Assembly (NCBI GenBank): GCA_965153355.1
Contig: OZ231126.1
Span: 18,042,001-18,106,000, forward strand
Reading direction: 5' to 3'
Source of the DNA: Flaccisagitta enflata
Lineage: Eukaryota
Length of the DNA stretch: 64,000 nucleotides
Shown: positions 14,178 through 27,641 of the stretch, piece after piece
How positions within the stretch are numbered: the stretch's first letter is position 1
Layout of the letters: each line of letters opens with the position of its first letter
Position numbers and translations under genes: made by a program
Notes under the pieces: model-generated
What the model saw: only the letters and a program-made list of their open reading frames with translations
What the model was told of the DNA's origin: nothing
Databases searched by the model: none

Positions 14178-15002
14178 ATACGTCAAGAAAATAATAGGTA
14201 AGATATGACAAGAAATTCCTCTGTAACCTCAAAAAAATGCTCATTGATTCGCTAATTCAAGATTTGCAGAAAAATGGCATGACTATTGGGTGGATAAGAA
14301 CACAAAAGGCATTCATGGTGCTTCAGGTAGAAACCAGGAATGCAACATTCGGTGCAATAATTGATGAAAGAATGATACAGCACCACTTACCAGTTTTAAA
14401 GCACTCAGGTCTGAAAGTTGTTTTTTAAGCTATTCCTAGTTTTGGACATTTCAAAGATTTTAATGTATCCTCTAAAGAATTTGGCTGGTACAAAATTTTA
14501 GGTAATTTTCTACAACACTGCAAGAGATGAAATGTGATACTGTGGTAGTTTTGAAATCCTAAGCTTTTACTTTCCCCCACTTGAGCTTGTTTACCGTGTA
14601 TGCCTCATTTTCCTTTATTATATGTTGGCTGTACCAAGATTCAGCTTACAAACGATGAAATTTATTGTACCCTGATATCCGTTAGAGCGGGATTTAGCTG
14701 TACTACTTAACATCTAAGCTGAAGGAAATCTCATGACATACATGACCTGGATGAACCTAATCAACATCAAACAACAACAGCTATGATAAGGCATGATCAA
14801 TGAAAGTTTTACCAAATTTAAAGACATACATTCTTTGTACATACAGTTTTGATCAGAATCCAATTTACATCAAGAGACAACAGTTACGATCTATGTATGA
14901 TAATGAGATGATCTTAAAATGTCGCTTTGACCTTGTGATTCATTGGAATTACGACAAACACAGAAACGCTTCACTCGAGTGCATGTCGTATCGAGGTAAT
15001 TG

Positions 15003-15058
15003 CCGGGCCGGAACAACCGTGTGCGGGGCCCTAGGCACTTAAGGTAGCGGGGCCCCCT
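15003..15058 (+). mobile_element. hAT-like DNA transposon left end
   Basis: ccgggccggaacaacc followed by GGGGCCC subterminal motifs; 15/16 inverted match to 32463-32478. Confidence 0.5.
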
Positions 15059-17013
15059 ACTAGATGCAACATGTTGCAAGGTTGAAGCAAACATAAGATA
15101 CAGGCAAAATATTTGTATTGTTTTTTGTAATTAAGATAAAGCCATAGCTGTTTGATCAAGAATTCTAACACTCAATGCAAAAACATTATAATGAGACCAT
15201 TGCACAAGGAAATGGAGTGCATGAGCAACTTATGATCCTGTTCAAGCTCAGTATGAAAGCACTTTTAATTTGCCCAAGCAAGGGAGAATAGCAGAGCCAA
15301 TTTCTCTATAGGGATTCCTTGGTAAGCTTATTGATTTTGACAAAAATTGATTTTGACCAAAAACGATTTTTTTTATCAATTTCATAATAGTGGGGGGACC
15401 GTGGAGCCCCAAGGGGGTAAAAAAGAGAGATGCACCACCCAGTAGGCGACCAATGTCTGGCGGAACATCTCTCTCTACAATCCCAAACATCAGATGAACT
15501 TAATAATGTTGATAAAATCGCCCTCATCCAGCATCTTTTTCATCTATGTGAATTATCGAAATTCCCATCAAAATTGCTGCATTTTTTAGGGCTTTTCGGC
15601 ATAAAAAGTTTTAAATCCTGATCAATTTCAAAAATACCAAGCGTTATCTATTTATCTCTTGGTGGTCAATTAATGAAGCAAAACTAACTGCAGGGTGCTT
15701 TAAAGGTGCAACCTGTTGCTGCAAGCACCATGTCTAAACCAGAAGCAAGGCTGGTGCTGCATTGCAGAGTCACATGCAAGGCAGGAGACCGTAATTAGTC
15801 TTGATCATTTGGGCAGGTACGTGAGCAAGGGCAACCTGCAAAAACAAGGTGATCAACAGATGGACTGTCAGTGTGGACACTACGAACCAACAAGTGGAGG
15901 TATGTTAATTGCGTAACCTGTGACTAAAATGTTGCAATCTGAGCATGTGGGCTGATTATTTCTTTGTTTAACAGCTGTCAAAAGCGCAGCCTGTCAGGGA
16001 ATGCTGCCTTTTGGAACGCTGACTGGTATCCATCCGTCAAATCCCATCAGCATATCTGCTCATCATCCCCTCCCTTCCTACATTACAATACCACTCAATC
16101 GCGTAGCTAATGATCTACATCATTGTCTTGCCAGTATTCGTAACGACCAAACGGCAATGTAAGTCGCTCAAATGTAAATAGCCCGTTTATCTATCTGTCT
16201 GTTAATCAACCATCCATTCAACCACAGTCCATTCGACCATTCACCCGTACATCCAGATCCTAGCATTGTTTAAACAAGCGATAGGCAAAAGTTACTGTGG
16301 TAGGCAAAAACGTGAAAGGCAAAAGATGCGAAAAAACTATTATTAACAGACCAACCGACTGACAGCAGGGTGAATTCGCCAGCGTGTGACCAAAGTGAGG
16401 TGTCATGGTGAAGGTTCAAATACAGTGAAAGAATACGAGGTGAGCATGGTGAAATTCTAAAATATGGTGATGAAAACCAGTTGGCTCACTAAAGCAATAG
16501 CAAAGGACTGGGCCATCATGCTGCGAAGAGAGTGAGGTACGAAAAACAGTGCAAGCGTTAGATGGTCGCTTGTACCATTGCTATGTGAACATGTGTTGAT
16601 GTGTGATAGTGAAGGGCAGCTGCCCGAAAGAGTCCAGGTGACTATGCTCAGTAATTTTTGAGGATCTAGGCTTGAAAGTGAGCATCAATACTGAGATTTG
16701 AACCTTGAGGGTGTGATTTGAGCCTTGAGGGTGAGATTTGGGTGTTGAGGCTAGAATTTGAGCCTCAGGCTCAAATCCCAGCTCCCGATTGGCCCAGCAT
16801 AGGTCATTGGCTCCTTTGGGACCGCTGTCTCACCTTCATCTGCATTCACTCAGGAACGCTTGAGCACTGTATCCCTGACCGCACGACTATTAGGCATTTT
16901 GGCACGACATGCGGCTCCTGCTCAGGTGCTAGTGCTGCTGTTGCTCCACCCACCCCCATGCAAATAGGTGCTGTAATCTCTCCTTCCTTGCTCCCATCTC
17001 CAAACCACTGATG

Positions 17014-17732
17014 TGTTGATGTGATTACATGCAAACCTATATGCGCCGCGAGAAGTTTCTCGTGTGGCGTCTATCTGACTGACGGCGGTGAAGAAGTTGG
17101 CGAACGGAGGCGATCGTTCGTTTCATAAAAGACTCAGCAGCTGAAATGAGAGGGAAAGTGGGCGTTAATTGTGATCAGCAAGCATAAAGAATAACATGAG
17201 TAGAACAATGGACAGAAGCGGCACATGTTCAGGGCTTATGCCACTGATAATACTAACTGCCCGACTATCATAAAATTCTCATATCTCCTATAACAAGCTG
17301 ACTCGAACAACGTTCGCTCGCTATTAAAAACCGGCGTCATGCAAAGAGCAAGGCAAAAACCAGACCAGGCGTGGGCAAAACAGCGATGTAAAAGCGAACT
17401 GCGTCTATAAGCAGGCCGCTGTTTCAACCCGCCCGGTAATCGAAGAATCGTGCGTTATTATCGTTCATTAGTTATCTGCAACAAAGATGAGAATGACAAG
17501 TAGTGTGATCGCCAAGTAATCAATCACTCAAGCGATGCCGAGTAAATAAAGATCAATCAATCAAAAAGACGGATGATCGAGAGGCAGTGCATATGACTGC
17601 CTGCGTAATAGCACAAATGGCACAAAATCAGGCGCAATAATTACCCATCTAGCGTTCAATAAGCAAAAGCATCGACAGTGAAGAAAAAAACAGAAACGCG
17701 CAGAGGCACACACGCGGACAGTATATTTCAGC
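17014..17732 (-). repeat. 3' LTR of the BEL/Pao element
   Basis: Shares gcgttaattgtgatcagcaagc, ggcttatgccac, aatcaatcac, acaaatggcacaaa and cccatctagcgt with 26891-27641. The low-coordinate boundary (tgttgatgt) is approximate. Confidence 0.8.
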
Positions 17733-18347
17733 ATTCTGCCCCGACTGGGGCTAGTGACACCTGAACTTCCGGTCGAAGCCTAAGGCGATACTACCTTTCG
17801 CTAAAATTTACATAGGCCCCAACCCGCCCTCCCCGTCCACCGCTCTGCATCCCCACCTAACTATCAACGAATCGGCGACTGCGCAACTCGATATTCCGTC
17901 TGGCCACCACCAGCAGAACACAGCGATCAATGGCGGCAGATGAGGCGTTCTGAAAAAAGTTAAAGGGAGAGAGAAAGCACTCAAGCCTGGGATGAAAAGA
18001 TAGTGAGCCTCTACTAAAACATGTGTGCAGCTCATTATGTAATGACTAAAAGAACCATGTCTCGCAACAATAATACATGCAAGAACAAACAAAACAAACA
18101 GGTAAATAAATTATAACTATATGACAAAAGCGAATCTGTTGAATAGAAAAATTGTGAAGCATCATGGGCGACCACATCACCTGCGCCTTCTCCCATTACT
18201 ATCAATCCTTTGTCCAGCAGTGGTAAAAAATGATAGTATTAATGTCGCGTTTTCCACAGCAAGCAGTGTCTGTTAATCTAGTATCACCCGAAGGAAGAAA
18301 GGAAAAGAAAAATGAGGGCAGATGACAATCAAAGTTCTTAATAGATA

Positions 18348-20190
18348 CTATAATTCAATTACAACAGGTGGCGATTCGCCAGGCCGGGCGTCGTACGCCC
18401 GAAATCGCGCCGGCAGCGTCGCGTCGGGCGAGATGTGAAAGGTGGAGACTCGATATCGCGAAGATATGGCGCTCTCCATGTTGCAAGTGTAGTTAAATTG
18501 AACAGCAAGCGTATCAGCGTCTATTTTCAAGACCTGGTCGGTATATTCCCGAGCTGAGTGGCGAGTACTTGACCGTTTGCGGAAGGCGCGGAAGGCTGGA
18601 AGTGCATCGTGGCGCCGATCAAAAATTTCGGCGTGTGACGCGGTGGCGGCCGCCAACTGCTGGCGTTCGCTCATATGCCAGCCTTCGTAGCTGGCATGCC
18701 TTTCAACTGCTTCTCAATTCGCGACACAAACGTAGCTGACCACCTGTCGCGGCCATTGCTGCTCGGCATGAATGTTTTCCTTTGAATGTGCGACCGAAAT
18801 TAGCAGATGCAAAACGACGCTTCAACTGGCGGCGGAGGCGGCAGCGAAGCGATGGAATTCTTCTTACTGAACTGAAGTCGAAGTAAGCTTCTGTAACGAA
18901 TGACGGCGATGTGAAGGTGGATCCTGGCGAGAGATATGCTGCGGGCTGGGGAAGCTTCGCGGCGTCTGCGCCAGCGCAGTGTGCAACCTGTAACTGAACA
19001 AACCACCACAGCGGCCTGATGGCTGCTTGTGGCGACCATCTGCTGACCGGGAACTGAGTTGTGCAGCCAGGCGGCATCGCAGTAAGGCGCTCGCGATTGC
19101 CTTGTGCTTCTTCAGCTGCTGATGTGCCCTTTGCTGCGCTATGGTGCGCGTTGTCGTCGGCAACAGCAATGACACTGGCGCCTGGGAAGCGCGCTTGGCG
19201 GGCTGCTTTGGAATCTGGCCTTTTTATTGTTCGGCATTGGCGTTGTGGGGCACCGCGGCGGTGATCTCTTCATTTTGTGGTGGCGTTGGGGATGGTGGCG
19301 ATGGCGTATTGCTGTAGAATGAACGCGCTGATGCGAACTGCGGCTGGCGTCGGCTGCCCGCCCGAATCCCCGCAGTGAGGATGTGGCCAGCGGAGCCGCA
19401 TTCTTCTAACCGTCGCCTGCATCGACGATCACATCATCATATATTCTGCCTTGCTTTAATTCGCGCTTTCCAGAGTCTGACCGCTCTGTTTGATCTGTTT
19501 GTTGCAGCACCAGCTTTCAAATGCACGAAAGAAAGGAAGACTGCCGGCGTCCGGGTGATAATCAGTGCCAACGCGCCTGGGACGATGGCTGCAACAAATG
19601 CCGTGTCCCGCCCCTGCAGTCGTATCTGCATACATTCACCAACACCTCCTCCTCCATTCCATCTCGCCGCCGCCATTGCTCATCGTGACAATCTGCTTCT
19701 CTCGCCCGCTGCGTGTGTGCGGCTGGCCTGATCACGGACGCTGAAGCGCCGAAAATCAGGGCAGATGGCGAGAGGCAAATCGCTGATGACAACGCTGCGT
19801 GAGTAATGAATGAAGTCACGTCGGCCAGAAATCGCGCCGAACCTCCATCTCTGACCGACACCAATGGAAGCGGCATGGCAGATGCTGGCGTTAGATAACG
19901 ACCAGCGACCTCATCTTGTTGGCGCTGTCGCCATTTTGCGTCGGCGGCGGGCAGTGCCGATGAAGCTGCCAGCGGCGGCGGCCTCCTCGCCCGAGCGGCG
20001 TCGTGGTGCGAATCCCTCAGTTGAGCCGTCGTTGAGTCGATGAGCTCAGCCCGTCACGTCGACAATCGGCTCTTCAGGCATATGACGGAACATCTTGACT
20101 CGGCCAGCCTCAAAACTCACAGACGGCTTCGTGAATAGGTGGCGTCGTCAGCAGGCTTTGGGCCCAGCTGATAAAGTGGATTGGCCTGCA
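18348..20190 (-). pseudogene. Second, frameshifted ORF between pol and the 3' LTR (env position); product unrecognised
   Basis: GC-rich coding-like block with minus-strand ORF pieces 18348-18674, 18703-19077 and 19562-19876, separated from the pol stop (20411) by an AT-richer spacer. Confidence 0.5.
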
Positions 20191-20410
20191 TATGGGCAGA
20201 GCGAATGAATCAGTGTTTTGTAATGTATGAGTGGAAATGGACAGCATAAGTGACAAGAGGAAAGATGAAAGCATGGATAATCAGAACCAAATATGAATAA
20301 TGGCAACTAACGGCAAATATAACAAGTCAGAGCCTCAGTCACTCATATCTATAGGTGCTAATGGACAGGCCTATGCGCCTTTTTCTCTCTCTCTCAAAGC
20401 TTAGCATTTT

Positions 20411-21402
20411 TTATGAGTCCAATTCCAGCCGCACAAGCTTCGTGCGGTCTTTCGTCACGATCTTTCCATCTTGGCGCCGGATATGAGCCCTCGGGGCATG
20501 AGCTGGCGAACCCTCGGCGCCCATGTCACGTCCTAAACTCCAGTTGTGACGAGACGGCGTTTCGTCCATGGCGATGACCATGTCATCAATCGCACAGTCT
20601 GTCTCGGATCTCGGCCATTTACTTCGCGCGTGAAGAAGCGACAAATATCCGACCCTCCACGATTTCCAAAATGCATCCACACGCGAGTGCGCACGCCTCC
20701 ATTGAATCTTCGCGGAATCAACGTCAGGATTGGCGCCTTGTTGTACCAGATCTAGAAGGGCATGAGCGAATGTCGATGGATTGAGGATATGATTCGGTGT
20801 CAGGGCCAAAGAGTCAGCAGGATCATCGCTCAGCGCTGTTAGAGGACGGCGATTGAGAGTTCCTTCAACTTAGACGACGGCAGTGTTGAAGGCATCGACG
20901 TGGAGGATGGCGCCAGTAGAGATGGAAGCAAGATGGCGCTTGCAGAGAGCGACGATTCTCTCCCACACCCCTGCATAGTGGTATTCTCGCGTGATAAAAT
21001 CCACGAAGCTGTGCGCTGTGAGTGTGGATACTTCCATTCCTTCTTGAAAGGATGTTATTGAAGCTACCCCAAATTCGTCATAATCTAAGTGGCAGCCGGA
21101 GAATTCTAGGCCTGCACCACTAAGCCACATTGCATCAGCATCAGCTGACATGTTGAAGAGCAATTCCACATGGGCGCGCGTGAGCAGGCAGGTGGTACTG
21201 CGATCCCACACCTTCACTAGGAAATGCTATACCTCAATCCAGTCTCTACAAAAACAGGTGCGGGTAACTTTGTGATCCGATGGGCGATAACTTCATTTGC
21301 TGGTTCGCGTTCTTTGGCTTCTGGCATCTGGCTGCGTGTTGGCAGGCCTGAACGCCTGTATCCACACGCCAGCGTATCATTGTGATGATGGCGGCGAATC
21401 AA
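20411..21402 (-). pseudogene. BEL/Pao pol C-terminus: Zn-binding/integrase core plus DUF5641-like domain
   Basis: ORF pieces IRRHHH...PAPVFVETG, HYAGVWERIVALCKRHL and ALTPNHIL...FWKSWRVGYLSLLHARSKW...WSLGR...KLVRLE. Confidence 0.88.
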
Positions 21403-23427
21403 TATTCACATTCGTCTTCGCGGCGAATCGAAAGAAATTCGTCGTAATGCTGATCGGCGTTCTGTCGACTACCCGGCTAACTCAATAATTATCGGCGAAA
21501 ATTCCATTTCGCATCTCTGATGATGAAGTGTATTTCTAACTTGAACTTTCCCAGCTTCAATTATTCAAAGGCGTCTGGTATGTCTGTTTCGTGATGACGA
21601 AGCGTTGTAGCTCTCAAAGCGATCTTGGTCACTTCGAATCTTTATTTTCGATGTCTTCATCCTTGGTATCTCTCCTGCACTGGCGGCGATAAACCATGCG
21701 ATGATCTGGCTTATGCATCATTTCAGGCTGCTGCAGAAATATCGGCGTCAGCCGCTCTTTCTTTTCGCTCAGCCATGCAATAGCGGCGGCTTATGCGAAG
21801 TAGAACGCGTCAGCGTGCCATTGATGCGAGGTAAAAGTGCCGGATCCGTGAAGGTGGCGCCGTTTTAAACTTCGCGTGCCTGTTCTGCGTGATCGCCCGG
21901 GTGTTTGGCGAATCAGCCCAGCCACTGACGGTCAACCGCAGATGCTGGGTGCTAGCCTGTTAGCCAGATGCTAAATCATCTTCAGTGCAATAGAATCAGG
22001 CAAATCTGACGTATCAAATGATGGTCCTCGGCAGCGTTACCAGCTGCTCTGTGGATACAATCTCCGGCGGGCTGTTGTGATGGCTGCGTTTTGGGTGAGT
22101 GAATGACGTGAGATTTGGAGGCGATGAATGAAGTGTGAACATCGCCTCAGCGTCGATATCTCTTCGCTCCGCCTTTGGCATAGCATGTAGAAAGATCTCA
22201 GTGTTATTTCGTGTCTCATTGTCGGCGTATCATTCCATAGCGTTCAATTGATGTGTTGTGAAGAGGCAAATGAGTGGCGAAGAAGTTGCGCTCTTCAAAT
22301 CATCCCTTTCGGGCAGTGGCGATCTGCCGATATCGCGGCGAACTCAAAATGCGTGGGTCATGGTTGAACTGCATGAGACGGTGTTTTTAGCTAGCAGGAT
22401 TTTAATTCTTAAGTAAGCAGATGGCGATAATCGCCGGAAAATGACCTTAACTGCCGTCGGCGCATCATCTTAACTATCCTGGATAGGAAATTAATACGTT
22501 GAAGATCTCATCCATCAACTGCGCGCTGATGTTTCCGCCAGATCCATCCCGCCTTCAGCCATCGCAGCCACTAAATCCACCTTCAACTGCGCAGTGCTTA
22601 CGTCAGCGGTCCCCACCACTTCGTCGTCGGCGATGAAAGCACGAAAGCGAAATAAAGATAAATGATGCTGGCGTTACGCTCAGCATGCTCTGGCGGTAAA
22701 ATGAAGAAATAACTGAATTAACTGCCAAAAGAGCGTGTGCGAACAGTCAAGATAATACAATAAAATGCGATGTAACCAAAAAGAATACGAACAAATCAGC
22801 CGTCGGATAGACAGCGGTGTGGAAGAACGCCTTTATAATGCACATAAGCGATCTTCGCGGCGAAAGCGCATGAGAATGTCCGGCGACTATTCATCAAATT
22901 TGAACTCGGCGGCGAATCATTAGTGAATCGGTACGGCACCTGTTGCTGCAACGCGTTTTCCGCGGTCGGCGATATGGCGACGACTCTGGCAGCGTAGTAC
23001 GTCGTAAATGCGTGGCCGATTCAATAAATGCCGTCAAAACTCTCCGATTCATGACTCTTTTTGAGCTGGATCACGCTTGGCGAGCGATTTCATGCAGTTG
23101 GCTCGTGTTCACTCTTCTCAGGTCTCCATATTTCATGATGAAATTTCATGTGTTTGTGACTAATATTTTCACAGTAAATATATCTTTTTACTCTAACGTT
23201 GCTAACTCTGTGCATTTCAGGAACCCTCTCTCTTCTTGAGCATTGATGATAAAGTCATGTTGAAAATTGCGATGTTACTGTTGGTGCGACCGGATGCGGC
23301 TCGTCTTGCTCGTTGAGCGGCGATCGCATCGGCTCGCTTGATGGCGGTGTCGCGCGTGTCTCGTCCTCGCCACAGTCCAGCGAAGATGGAACACCACATC
23401 TGAAGCAAGAAGTCAAGTCTGAAAGCC

Positions 23428-24141
23428 CTACGGCGAATTTGCTGGCGGCAATGACATCGCGCTCGATGATGTCATCACACGCCTTCCTTCTGGGCCACTG
23501 CGCTTGATGGCCCAGTCGAACCGACCAGCGGAGAAGGCTTCGGCGTTATTCGTTAAATCACTTGCCAATCGCGTAAAGCTGATAACCGGCGGCGTATTCC
23601 TGATCGACCGATACATGGCAAAATGCGATAACGTCGCCGACAGCATGACTCCACGTATCTGCGTCATTTGCACTGTTTTTGTTGGAATCCGAAGACTGCG
23701 AATGACGCTGGTACTGATCACGTCGCGATCAGCGCCTGAGTCGATCATATATATCGTCCTCTCGCGCGCCCAGTATTTAAGATAGTCGCAGAGCGCGGTG
23801 GACGGTGCTGCGTCGCGTCCGAAAAGGCGGTTAGCGACATTGCCGTCAACCGCCGATGCGTGGCCTGTAGAAAATGGTGATCGGCTGCCTCGATAGAGTG
23901 GCGAAGATTGTGAGCAGCTGCTGGCGCATCTCTGACTTTGAAAGGGCGGCGACGCGCGCCTTTCTCGCCTTCCCCTTTCTTCTTGTCGCGCCGTGGAAGA
24001 AATGGTGCGTGCGGTTTTGGCAGAGTGTTTTCTGTTCCGCATCTGGCGATCAGCGGCGGATGGCAAGGCGACGCGTTCTGCGAACTCTTCCAGATCGCCA
24101 TCTGGCGGTTGATGACGCGGTTTTTCTGCGATGCATTCCAC
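23428..24141 (-). pseudogene. BEL/Pao gag-protease junction (aspartic protease)
   Basis: IYMIDSGADRDVISTSVIRSL contains the D(S/T)G aspartic protease motif. Confidence 0.75.
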
Positions 24142-26890
24142 TGCCAGGCATTGCAGCGATCGTCAAACAGTCTGCGCCGTTGGTCAAATCTTCTGTGATG
24201 ATGGCTCTTCTCTGTAATGCGACAACGCCGCGATACCTTTTGCAGCTGGCGCTGAATCGCTGCTAATCTCGATCAAGTTGACCAAATTATGTCTTTCATT
24301 CGAAACTGCTGTATTCTTTTTGCATTTATCTGCAGATGAGGGCCTAACTGACGAAAGTCTCCTGCAGCAGCTGTGATAGCGTGTTGCACTTCTCCACAGG
24401 CTCTGTAATAACTGCGCCTTTGCAACCTTGCAGACAAATGAAAATGCCTTGCATGGTCGACCGGCCTAGTTCGCCTCGCTGGCTGTTCGTTGAACAGCGC
24501 CGCAATGTTGAAGCCTTGCCGAAGGCGTAAGTCAAATCTCTCCTCTTGCTGTCGCTTCGGACATCAGTCGTCGCGAGGTGTGATATCGCCGGACCGGCGC
24601 TGGGCAATTCCAATGAGATGTCCGGTAGCGTCAGCAACCAAACTCACATCGCCAAGTCAATGGGCGCTGCGAAGGCTTCTCAGTCTTAACTATACTCCCA
24701 GCAGCCTCCTTTAACCGCGCCGAGATCATTCTCGTAAGTTTGCTCAAAAAACTACTGTCGAAGATGTCGGCAGCTCTGAACATGGCTCGGTGGCGCGAGC
24801 GATGCTCCCTTGAGGTATTTGGGCAGCGTAACGATTCGATCTCTTTTGGTGAACTGCGGCACCGCACTTCCTCTGCTGTTGCCGTTGTTGTGATTCATCT
24901 TGATAGGCTCGAGAGGCAGCGACCTCTACTGTGATTGTACAACTGCTGGCGCTGTTTTTTCTTCGCGCTGCAGCGTCAAAGTCTTCTTCATAACGAGTCT
25001 GGCCTTCAAGCGTCCCTTGCTGCTGGGCGACGATTCTGCTGAACTCCGCTGGCATTGCTAGAAGGCGAAACTGCGTGGCATAACGGCAATCCGATTGGTT
25101 AATCTTCGAGGCGACAACAACATCTTGCAGCTGTTGTCTGTACGTCAGCGACCTCCTCTGCCTCACTGCGCTCGCCTCCGTTACATGCCCGCTTCGGCTA
25201 TGACAACCTTTCTTGATGAAGACGGTGCCATACAGCAGAGCCAATGCCTGGGTACTTCGACGTGAAGAATAAGTTGCATGATGCTGATCTGTGCTGTTGC
25301 TATTGTTGGCGTTGCTGCTGCCGCTGGCTTTGCTGTTGCTGGTATCAGGCGCTGTTGCTGCGCTGCTGCGTGGCTTGCAGCGGCGTTGGCTCGCTGCTGC
25401 TGCTGCTGCTCCATCTGTAGCTGCTACGCTCGGCACTGGCAGGCGTTTCCACTGACTGCACATGTCATCTTCGCCGGTGGGTGTAGATCTCGGCGGTCTT
25501 TTGAATGCTGCGGCTGCTGCTATTCCAGCTCGAACAGTGCCCACAGCTTCATCCGCTGCTCGCCTGTACGCCCGTCGTTATTTATTCCGAGCCGCATTTC
25601 TGATATTCGTATTCATCTGTTGAGTACACGGCACGTGGAAGAGTCAGCGATAATTTCTTGAATGACTTCCGTTGTTGAATAATGTTTGCAGCGATGGCGC
25701 CTGCGAAACTGTGCTACATCTGCTGCCTTCAGCACCATCATGCGCAGTGGATTATTTCTTCTGTGCTCACTGCTGTGTTCATGCTTTCGTAAAATGGTGA
25801 TCTGGCTGGAGATCCACCACCCACAGCTGGGATTGCGGCGAGCCTTGTGCTGCTGCGTGCTGTGCATATTTTCCCCTGCATAGTTTTGTATTTATTTGTT
25901 GTTGTGCACTGCTGCTGCTGCTGTGTGTGTTTATTTACTGACTACCTTTCAGCCACAGGCTGTGGCTGCTGTTGTTGTGATGCTGGTGACAAAATTGGCC
26001 AGTGCTACTGGCTGCTCTTGCTGCAACTCTTTGCTGGGTCAGGCTGTCAGTTTGCTCTTTGCTCTGTGGTCGTGGGTTAACGTTGCTGTGGAGGGTGCTG
26101 CTGCTGCATGCTGCTGTTGCTGCTGTTGCCTTGTAAACATCTCCTCCGTTGACCGCTGCTACCTGTAATCAGCCCGGCGACACTATGCCTCAACTGCCTA
26201 CCCCTGTCTCAGCACTCGCAGCGATGCTTCGCCTGGCGTCAATCGTTGATGTCGCGACTGCTGAAGGCGTCCGTGAATCTGTAACAAGTCGGCAGCGTGA
26301 AGCGCTATAGCGGGATTTCGAGACCGTCTATTACGATGGCGGCATCTCTGAGTCGGCTGGGTGAAAGTGGCCGCCGATCGAAGATTAACGCGCCATCGCG
26401 GCGTGACCGGATCGTCATTTGCGGCATCTTGGAATCGGGCGCGGCTACTATTCCGTGAACCGTTGGCGAGTGCACTGGAGTTCCCCCAATAGTTGGCCGC
26501 ATCGTTCGCGATCATCGCGATGGAAAACCCTCTGGATATTTTCCGCGTCGGCGGCATGGAGTCCATTGGCGCCGGATGGCGCGAAAGGCGCGGGCGGGAA
26601 TTCGCCGGGCATCGGTCGGCGCCATTTCTCGCGTGCGATATGAAATGGGTGAACCCTGTCCCGAAGGCGTGTCGGCGTCATCTGATACGGCGGCGTCGAC
26701 AGTAAAGGCGGCGTCGGCGCGCTCCTTTCGCGAGTGACAACTCGTTCTTCGTGTGGCAAGCGACCTCCGGACGCTATTCAAACCAGGAAATAGTACAACG
26801 GCGTTGAGCGACCGGCACGATGTGCGTAGATAACGGCGCAGCGTCAATTTAGATTTTTGAAGTGGGAAAAAGAAGGCGAGTCGATTTTGG

Positions 26891-27641
26891 TGTTGATGTA
26901 ATCTCCCGCCCAGGTCAACTGGCACTAATCATGGCGTCATCGGCTGGCGACTTATTGGCGTGAAATGAAGGCGATCGTCATTGTTATAAAAATTTCAGCA
27001 ACTGAGAGGAAAGGCGAAAAGTGGCGTTAATTGTGATCAGCAAGCGCAAAGATAGCATGAAATCGAATGAGACACGTAAGGACAGAAGCAGCACATGACA
27101 ACATGTTCCGCTTCTTCGAGGCTTATGCCACCTGATAATACTGCTGCGACTATCGGTAAATTCGTATCAATCCTATAGCAAGCTGTCGAGCAGCAATGAG
27201 TAAAAAATACCAAAGGGCAAAGACGAAGCGAAGAACAATAACAAAAAGCGGCGCAACAAAACGAGCCGCTTCGCGTTGGTTTTCAACGCGATCGCGAAGT
27301 CAAAGTTTATCTGCAATAAAAAGATGAGAGATTATTGAAATTAGTGAATTCCAAGGGCGCATTCAAACGATCATAAAAATCAATCAATCACTTTAAGAAG
27401 CGATGCCATAATTAAATAAAATCAATCAATCCAAAAATAGGATGATACGAATGACGAGTTATGTATGTATGCCTACGTAGTAAAAACAAATGGCACAAAT
27501 CACAAGGCGCAACCATATGATTGCCCATCTAGCGTATAAAAAAATGGCGAAACAAGGCATCGAATGAAGAGAAAACCAAAGCACGCAAAAGAGACAGAAG
27601 GCACACACACCTAAAAGACGGACAGACATACATTTCTAACA
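26891..27641 (-). repeat. 5' LTR of the BEL/Pao element
   Basis: Begins TGTTAGAAAT on the minus strand (plus ...atttctaaca at 27641); direct repeat of 17014-17732. Confidence 0.8.

Larger units (their letters stand above)
17014..27641 (-). mobile_element. BEL/Pao-family LTR retrotransposon, frameshifted (degenerate or noisy assembly)
   Basis: Two ~720-750-bp direct repeats flank gag/pol fragments: aspartic protease (MIDSGAD), integrase core (GVWERIVALCKRHL) and a DUF5641-like C-terminus (FWKSWRVGYLSLLHARSKW). A purine tract GGGGCAGAA precedes the 3' LTR TG on the minus strand. Confidence 0.9.
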
